Assembly: GCA_963844885.1 (NCBI GenBank)
Contig: CAWJQA010000009.1
Location: 78,125-142,124, forward strand
Length of the DNA stretch: 64,000 nucleotides
Direction of reading: 5' to 3'
Source: an uncultured Holophagales bacterium
GTDB lineage: Bacteria; Acidobacteriota; Thermoanaerobaculia; Multivoradales; UBA5704
Shown here piece after piece: positions 58,636 through 64,000 of the stretch (the first letter of the stretch is position 1; each line of letters begins with the position of its first letter). Position numbers and translations under genes: made by a program. The notes below the pieces were generated by a model. The model saw only the letters and a list, made by a program, of their open reading frames with translations, ran no database searches and had not been told where the DNA came from.

Positions 58636-61600
58636 GTGCGCAGACTCTTCTGCACCTTCCTTCTGTTGTGCTTGCTTCCCGGCCTGGCCCTGGCGCAGGG
58701 CGCCGGCACCCGCCTCCTGCGTTATCCGGACATCGCGGGCGACACCGTGGTCTTCTCCTATGCCGGCGATCTCTGGACGGTCGGTGCCGACGGCGGTACG
58801 GCCCGCCGGCTGACCTCCGATCCCGGCCTCGAGGTCTTTCCCAAGCTGTCGCCGGACGGCAAGTGGGTCGCCTTCACCGGCCAGTACAGCGGCACCAGCC
58901 AGGTCCACGTCCTCCCGGTGGACGGCAGCGCCGCTCCCCGGCAGCTCACCTTCCGCAACGACGTCGGCGCGCTGCCGCCGCGCGGCGGCATTGACAACCA
59001 GGTGCTCGGCTGGACTCCGGACGGCAAGGAAGTTCTTTTCAACGCCCACCGGACGCCGTACAGCGACCGCAACAGCCGGCCCTACCTCGTGCCGGCCATG
59101 GGCGGCATGGAGCACCCGCTCCCGATGCCGGAAGGCGCCGGCGGCACCCTTTCGCCGGACGGCACCCGCTACGCCTACACGCCCATCATGCGCGAGTTCC
59201 GGACCTGGAAGCGCTACAAGGGCGGACGCGCGCAGGACGTCTGGATCTACGACCTGAAAAACGACACCTCGCAGCAGATCACCGACTTCGCGGGCTCCGA
59301 CAACCAGCCGGTCTGGATCGGCAATACGATCTACTTCACCTCGGACCGCGGCGGCTGGCAGCTCAACCTGTTCGCCTACGACCTGGCCTCCCGCCAGGTC
59401 CGCCAGGTCACGAACCACGACACCTTCGACGTGCTCTGGCCGAGCGGCGACGACCGCCGCATCGTCTATGAGAACGGCGGCTACGTCTATCTCTTCGACC
59501 CGGCCTCGGGCCAGAGCCGGCAGGTGCCCGTGCAGGTCTCGGGCGACTTCCGCGGCACCGTCCCCTACTTCAAGAACGTGACCGGCGACATCCAGGCCAT
59601 GGGCATCTCGCCGACCGGCAAGCGGGCCGTCCTCGGCGCCCGCGGCGACGTCTTCACCGTCCCGGCCGACAAGGGGGAGATCCGCAACCTGACCGATACG
59701 CCCGGCGTGCGCGAGATGGACCCGTCCTGGTCGCCCGACGGCCGCTGGGTCGTCTATCAATCCGACAAGACCGGCGAATATGAATTCTACGTGCGTCCGA
59801 GCGACGGCTCCGGCGAGGAGCGCCGCGTCACCCAGGACGGCAAGGTCTGGCGCTTCCCGCCGCTGTGGTCGCCCGACTCGAAAAAGATCGCCTTCGCCGA
59901 CAAGACGCGGCGGCTGCTCTGGGCCGACGTGGCGACCGGCAAGGTGACGGACGTCGACCGCAACGACCGGGGTGACACCCTGGACTACCGCTGGTCCCCG
60001 GACAGCCGCTGGCTCACCTACACGAAGGTCGGCGAGACGCTCCTGCCGTCCGTCTGGGTCTACTCGCTGGAAACGAAAAAGGCCATGCGCCTGACCAGCG
60101 ATTTCACGGCCGAGAGCGAGCCGGTCTTCGATCCCCAGGGCCGGTATCTCTACTTCCTGTCGAACCGGGACTTCAACCTCACCTTCAGCGGCTTCGAGTT
60201 CAACTATCTCTATACGAATCCCACCCGCGTCTACGTCGCGGTTCTGTCCAAGGACGGCCCGGCGCTGTTCCTCCCGCAGAGCGACGACGAGGCGGTCGCG
60301 GCGGAGAAAGGGCCGGACAAGAAGCTCGAGAAACCGCCCGCCGCCGACAGCGCCGCCGCCGCCGCCGCCGCCGCCACCCCCGCCAAGACCGTCGAGGTCA
60401 AGATCGACGCCGACGGCTTCGAGCAGCGGGTCCGCGCCATCCCCGGAGGCCCCGGCAACTACCGCAACGTGGCCGCGAACGCCGACGGCGTCTTCTACCT
60501 CACGGGCGACGGGCCTTTCGGCTCGCTCCGCATGTACGACCTCAAGGCCGAGAAGGAAGAGGTGATCCTGGACGGGGTCGCCGCCTTCGAGCTGTCGGCC
60601 GACGGCAAGAAGATCCTGTACCGCAAGGGAGACACCTACGGCATCGTCGACGCCAAGCCCGGGCAGAAGGCCGGCGACGGCAAGCTCGGCCTGGAGAAGC
60701 TCGAGCTTCGGATCGATCCCAAGGCCGAATGGGCGCAGATGTACACCGACGCCTGGCGCATCCTGCGCGACTGGTTCTACGACCCGGCCATGCATGGCGT
60801 CGATTGGAAAGCGCTGCACGACCGCTACGGCGCGCTGGTCCCCTACGTCGCGAACCGGGCCGACCTCGATTTCATCTTCGGCGAGCTGGGCGGCGAGCTG
60901 TCGGCCGGCCACGTCTACGTGGCCCCCGGCGACGAGCCCGGCGCGCAGAGGGTGGAAAACGGCCTCCTCGGCGCCGACGTCGAGGCGGCGGACGGCTACT
61001 ACAAGGTCACGAAAATCTACCCCGGCGAGAACTGGCACGAAGACTTCCGCTCGCCGCTCACCGAGCCCGGCGTCCACGTGAAGGTGGGCGACTACATCCT
61101 GGCCGTGGACGGCGAGGCCGCTTCCACGTCCAACGCTCCGAACTTCTTCCAACTCCTCCAGAACAAGGCCGGGAGGGCGGTGGCGCTGCTCGTCAACGAC
61201 AAGCCCACGGCCCAGGGCGCGCGGACGGAGCGGGTGCGGCCGGTCACCAACGAGCAGAACCTCCGCTATCTGGACTGGGTGATCTCCAACCGGGAAAAGG
61301 TGGCGAAGCTGTCCGGCGGCCGGATCGGATACATCCACCTGCCGAACACGGCGGTGGAGGGCAACCGGGAGCTCTTCAAGTACTTCTACCCCCAGACTCG
61401 GACCGACGCCCTGATCCTCGACGACCGCTTCAACGGCGGCGGGTTCATCCCCGACGTGATGATCGAGCTGGTCAGCCGGCCGCTGCTCAATTACTGGGCG
61501 TCGCGGGACGTGCTGCCCGCCTCCACGCCGATCTTCGTCCACACCGGACCGAAGGTGACGCTGATCAACGGCCAGGCGGGCTCGGGCGGCGACGCCTTCC

Positions 61601-61932
61601 CGTACTACTTCAAAAAGCTGGGCCTGGGACCGCTGATCGGCACGCGGACCTGGGGCGGCCTGATCGGCCTGTCGGGCACGCCGAGCCTGCTGGACGGCGG
61701 CTCGGTCTCGGCGCCGACGTTCCGCTTCCTCGGCACCGACGGCAAGTGGGCGGTGGAAAACGAAGGCGTAGCGCCCGACATCGAAGTGATCGACCGGCCC
61801 GAGCTGGTGGCGAAAGGCCAGGACCCGTCGCTGGAAAAGGCGGTCGAGGTGCTGCTGGAGGAGCTGAAGAAGAACCCGCCGCACAAGATCACGGTACCGG
61901 CACCGCCGAAGCAGGAGTGGCCGCCGAAGTAG
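58636..61932 (+). CDS. Tricorn-protease homologue (beta-propellers plus PDZ plus S41 peptidase)
   Basis: 1098 aa with a signal peptide and repeated WSPDG propeller blades. A PDZ-like segment (GDYILAVDG) is present. The S41 catalytic region includes GQAGSGGD and TWGG. Confidence 0.9.
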   Translation: MRRLFCTFLLLCLLPGLALAQGAGTRLLRYPDIAGDTVVFSYAGDLWTVGADGGTARRLTSDPGLEVFPKLSPDGKWVAFTGQYSGTSQVHVLPVDGSAAPRQLTFRNDVGALPPRGGIDNQVLGWTPDGKEVLFNAHRTPYSDRNSRPYLVPAMGGMEHPLPMPEGAGGTLSPDGTRYAYTPIMREFRTWKRYKGGRAQDVWIYDLKNDTSQQITDFAGSDNQPVWIGNTIYFTSDRGGWQLNLFAYDLASRQVRQVTNHDTFDVLWPSGDDRRIVYENGGYVYLFDPASGQSRQVPVQVSGDFRGTVPYFKNVTGDIQAMGISPTGKRAVLGARGDVFTVPADKGEIRNLTDTPGVREMDPSWSPDGRWVVYQSDKTGEYEFYVRPSDGSGEERRVTQDGKVWRFPPLWSPDSKKIAFADKTRRLLWADVATGKVTDVDRNDRGDTLDYRWSPDSRWLTYTKVGETLLPSVWVYSLETKKAMRLTSDFTAESEPVFDPQGRYLYFLSNRDFNLTFSGFEFNYLYTNPTRVYVAVLSKDGPALFLPQSDDEAVAAEKGPDKKLEKPPAADSAAAAAAAATPAKTVEVKIDADGFEQRVRAIPGGPGNYRNVAANADGVFYLTGDGPFGSLRMYDLKAEKEEVILDGVAAFELSADGKKILYRKGDTYGIVDAKPGQKAGDGKLGLEKLELRIDPKAEWAQMYTDAWRILRDWFYDPAMHGVDWKALHDRYGALVPYVANRADLDFIFGELGGELSAGHVYVAPGDEPGAQRVENGLLGADVEAADGYYKVTKIYPGENWHEDFRSPLTEPGVHVKVGDYILAVDGEAASTSNAPNFFQLLQNKAGRAVALLVNDKPTAQGARTERVRPVTNEQNLRYLDWVISNREKVAKLSGGRIGYIHLPNTAVEGNRELFKYFYPQTRTDALILDDRFNGGGFIPDVMIELVSRPLLNYWASRDVLPASTPIFVHTGPKVTLINGQAGSGGDAFPYYFKKLGLGPLIGTRTWGGLIGLSGTPSLLDGGSVSAPTFRFLGTDGKWAVENEGVAPDIEVIDRPELVAKGQDPSLEKAVEVLLEELKKNPPHKITVPAPPKQEWPPK

Positions 61933-61934
61933 GA

Positions 61935-62076
61935 GCCCTCACCCCCCGGCCCCCTCTCCCGGTCCGCCCGAGTCCACCCGCCCCGGGAGAGGGGGAGACT
62001 TACGGAGAAAAAGGGTGGCGGCGCCCTCCCCTCGCCGCGCGAGGGGAGGGTCGGGGAGGGGAGAATGGGATCAATC
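61935..62076 (+). repeat. REP type A copy (61935-61999) followed by REP type B copy (62021-62076)
   Basis: Type A starts 3 nt after the tricorn stop. Type B ends 1 nt before the stop codon (CTA 62078-62080) of the convergent gene. Confidence 0.85.
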
Positions 62077-62077
62077 T

Positions 62078-63706
62078 CTACCGCTTCCACCTCCACCCGT
62101 TCTCCTCGCTCGACAGGATCCAGGCCACGGTCTTGCCGGGCTGGATGCCCTGGGCTTCATTCCAGAAGTGGCGGTCGCGGAGGTGGCGGCTGGAGGTGTC
62201 ACCTTCGGGCAGGGCCTCCACCTCGTCGTGGATGCGGCGGAAACGCTCCACCCACTTGCCGCAGTTGGCCAGGCGGAGGTCCACCCAGCCGTCCCGCACC
62301 CAACCCTCCAGCTTCTCGGGGGTGACCGGCTCATTCACTGCGTCGCCGGGGACGATCGCCTTCGGACCGCGCAGGATCTCGCCCGACTCCAGGAGGATCG
62401 GCATGCCGATCGAGACGATCCGGTTGGCCTCTTCGGGCTGCTCCCGGACCAGACGGTTGAGCCGCTCGCAGACCTCCTCGGGAGTCGACTCGCGCACCGC
62501 CTTCATGGCTTTGAATTCGGCGCGCAGGAGATGGGCCTCGAACAGCAGCTTCGAGTTCTTGGGTGGGCCGAGCAGCTCGAAGGCTACGCTGCGCACCCCC
62601 TTTTCCTTCTCCAGGGCGGTCATCTTCTCGATCGCCCAATGGCGCAGGATGCCGGCGCGGTAGGTGGGTCCGAGCACCGCGCTGTCGAGCGCGCTCATGA
62701 TGTCGTAGCCCGTGTTGCCGCCCTCGACCTCGAATACCGTGTACTTCGCGATCTCCTCCGGCGTCACGAACTCCATCTGCTCGCCGCTGGTGATGGTGAC
62801 GAACTCCTCCAGGCTGAAGACCCCGTTCTCGCCGGTGTCGATGAACACGCTTTCGTAGACATCCTCACGCACCCGGGCGGCGTCCGGGTCCTCGCTGGAG
62901 AAAGTGGACCCGAGAGGCCGCGGCCGGGCATCCACCAGGCGGATCGGCTGGCGCTTGCGATGGATCGGCCCGTAGCCGATCCGCTTCCAGGCGATGGCCG
63001 CCGCCGGCTTGATCTCCTTGACGATGGGGCCGCCGGGCGTGCGGGCCATGAGGAAGAGGAGCATCGAGTGCGCGCCGGCCATGGCCGTCTTCGACAGCAG
63101 GGTCCGGCTCGGCTTCTCTTCCGAGTGGGTGTAGGGGATGTTCAGGCCCATGCCGCCCGTGCCGGTGGTGCCGATCTTCACGTAGACCTTGGCCCCGGCG
63201 TCGCGCATGCCGTTGTACATGATCTGGATGTGGCGGATCAGGCGTGGCATGTAGAGGCTTTCGAGCAGGATCTCGACCGCGTCCGCGTCGAGCTGCCCGG
63301 CGTCGAGCTGCGCCAGCACCGTCTCGGCCGCTCGGAAGATGTCGCTGTAGGCGATGCCGGTCGCCGTGTTGACGGCGTCGATCACGATGTCCGGGCGGGT
63401 GCCCATGAGCAGGTCGTAGAGCACGAAGCCCTGCAGGTCGTCGCCTGTCAGCCGGTTGAGCTGGGCGCGGATCTTCTCCCGGTGCGTACCGGCCTGGATC
63501 AGGCCGAAGATGTCGCCCGCCGAAGGGGTGAGCGTCGTATGGCCCGCCAGCGGAGCCAGCTCGCGGCAGGCCTCCTCCGACTCCGACATGTAGAGGCTAT
63601 GGATCTGGATCTCGCGTGGGCGGCGCTCCAGCAGCTCCCGGCACATGGCCAGGCCGACCATGCCGGCCCCTCCCAGGACAAGGATCTTCCGATTCTCGAT
63701 GTTCAA
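62078..63706 (-). CDS. NAD(P)-binding Rossmann-fold protein of unknown function (542 aa)
   Basis: The N-terminus VLGGAGMVG is a GxGxxG motif. The ORF is intact with good coding character. The rest was not recognised. Confidence 0.7.
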   Translation of the reverse strand: MNIENRKILVLGGAGMVGLAMCRELLERRPREIQIHSLYMSESEEACRELAPLAGHTTLTPSAGDIFGLIQAGTHREKIRAQLNRLTGDDLQGFVLYDLLMGTRPDIVIDAVNTATGIAYSDIFRAAETVLAQLDAGQLDADAVEILLESLYMPRLIRHIQIMYNGMRDAGAKVYVKIGTTGTGGMGLNIPYTHSEEKPSRTLLSKTAMAGAHSMLLFLMARTPGGPIVKEIKPAAAIAWKRIGYGPIHRKRQPIRLVDARPRPLGSTFSSEDPDAARVREDVYESVFIDTGENGVFSLEEFVTITSGEQMEFVTPEEIAKYTVFEVEGGNTGYDIMSALDSAVLGPTYRAGILRHWAIEKMTALEKEKGVRSVAFELLGPPKNSKLLFEAHLLRAEFKAMKAVRESTPEEVCERLNRLVREQPEEANRIVSIGMPILLESGEILRGPKAIVPGDAVNEPVTPEKLEGWVRDGWVDLRLANCGKWVERFRRIHDEVEALPEGDTSSRHLRDRHFWNEAQGIQPGKTVAWILSSEENGWRWKR

Positions 63707-63923
63707 ACCCTCTCTCCTTCGAGATGAAATGATGCCTCGGACGTGTCGCGGGCTTGCCGCGGTCCGGTGATTCTATCCGCAAGCCGGGCGCCCCGGGACA
63801 AGGCCTGCGGACCATGGGATGAGAAGATCCCGCGGACAGTGTACACTCCCCGGGTTCCCCGGTTTCCCCGGGCTCGGCCAGCCCGTGCCCGGAAGCCTCG
63901 CATTGGACTCGGAGGTCCGAACC

Positions 63924-64000
63924 ATGGTTCCTCGCCGGGCGTCGACGTGCGCCTTCGCTTTCGCTTTCTCGTTGCCGGTCGTGCTCGCCGCGGCCACCGC
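63924..64000 (+). CDS. 5' end of a secreted or membrane protein gene; continues beyond the window
   Basis: GGAGG 8 nt upstream of ATG 63924. MVPRRASTCAFAFAFSLPVVLAAAT looks like a signal peptide. Confidence 0.45.
   Translation, partial: MVPRRASTCAFAFAFSLPVVLAAAT

Noticed and set aside
58321-61884. 1187-aa ORF on the minus strand, and similar long ORFs at 2370-3623, 8628-10154, 16759-18534, 20462-21613, 23186-25417, 25427-27481, 33703-35739, 37113-38840, 49451-51166 and 62015-63727
   Set aside because: All are antisense to, or out of frame with, genes that have clear family signatures. They are Arg/Pro/Gly/Ala-rich low-complexity translations, as expected from stop-codon depletion in high-GC DNA.

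Overview
High-GC bacterial chromosomal segment, probably from a Gram-negative soil or sediment lineage; the taxon cannot be fixed from sequence alone. The core backbone carries mpl, rph, pta, purD, pdxA, eno-ftsB, a cold-shock gene, yceH-like, selD, aqpZ, add, a tricorn-type protease, an initiator tRNA and an exopolysaccharide/glycosyltransferase cluster. Accessory material interrupts it. At least five type II toxin-antitoxin loci are present: PIN/Phd, VapBC, Phd-like/Doc, ParE/antitoxin, and MNT with a truncated HEPN. There is also a ~11 kb island (about 22.4-33.6 kb) holding a giant ELWxxDGT-repeat secreted protein, a frame-disrupted TM-TPR giant gene and gene fragments. Non-coding repeats are unusually abundant: (i) 20-bp tandem arrays with a near-identical ~294-nt distal segment (last 7 units plus tail) at two loci; (ii) a 146-nt element in two copies; (iii) six 41-bp hairpin units in tandem; (iv) a dense array of an 18-bp palindrome; (v) inverted arrays of a 9-mer; (vi) two REP/MITE-like families that abut or supply stop codons. 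The best candidate for an uncharacterised system is a translationally coupled ABC-type ATPase plus DUF4276-like gene pair (52645-54620). It lies between an H-NS-like gene, the 41-bp hairpin array and a ParE toxin-antitoxin locus, and looks like an OLD/PARIS/AbiL-style defence module. selD needs a UGA-selenocysteine readthrough that the ORF track misses. Four consecutive core genes (13.6-15.9 kb) carry a dense cluster of frame-disrupting lesions that may be consensus errors. Many long Arg/Pro/Gly-rich ORFs in the track are antisense shadows and were not called.
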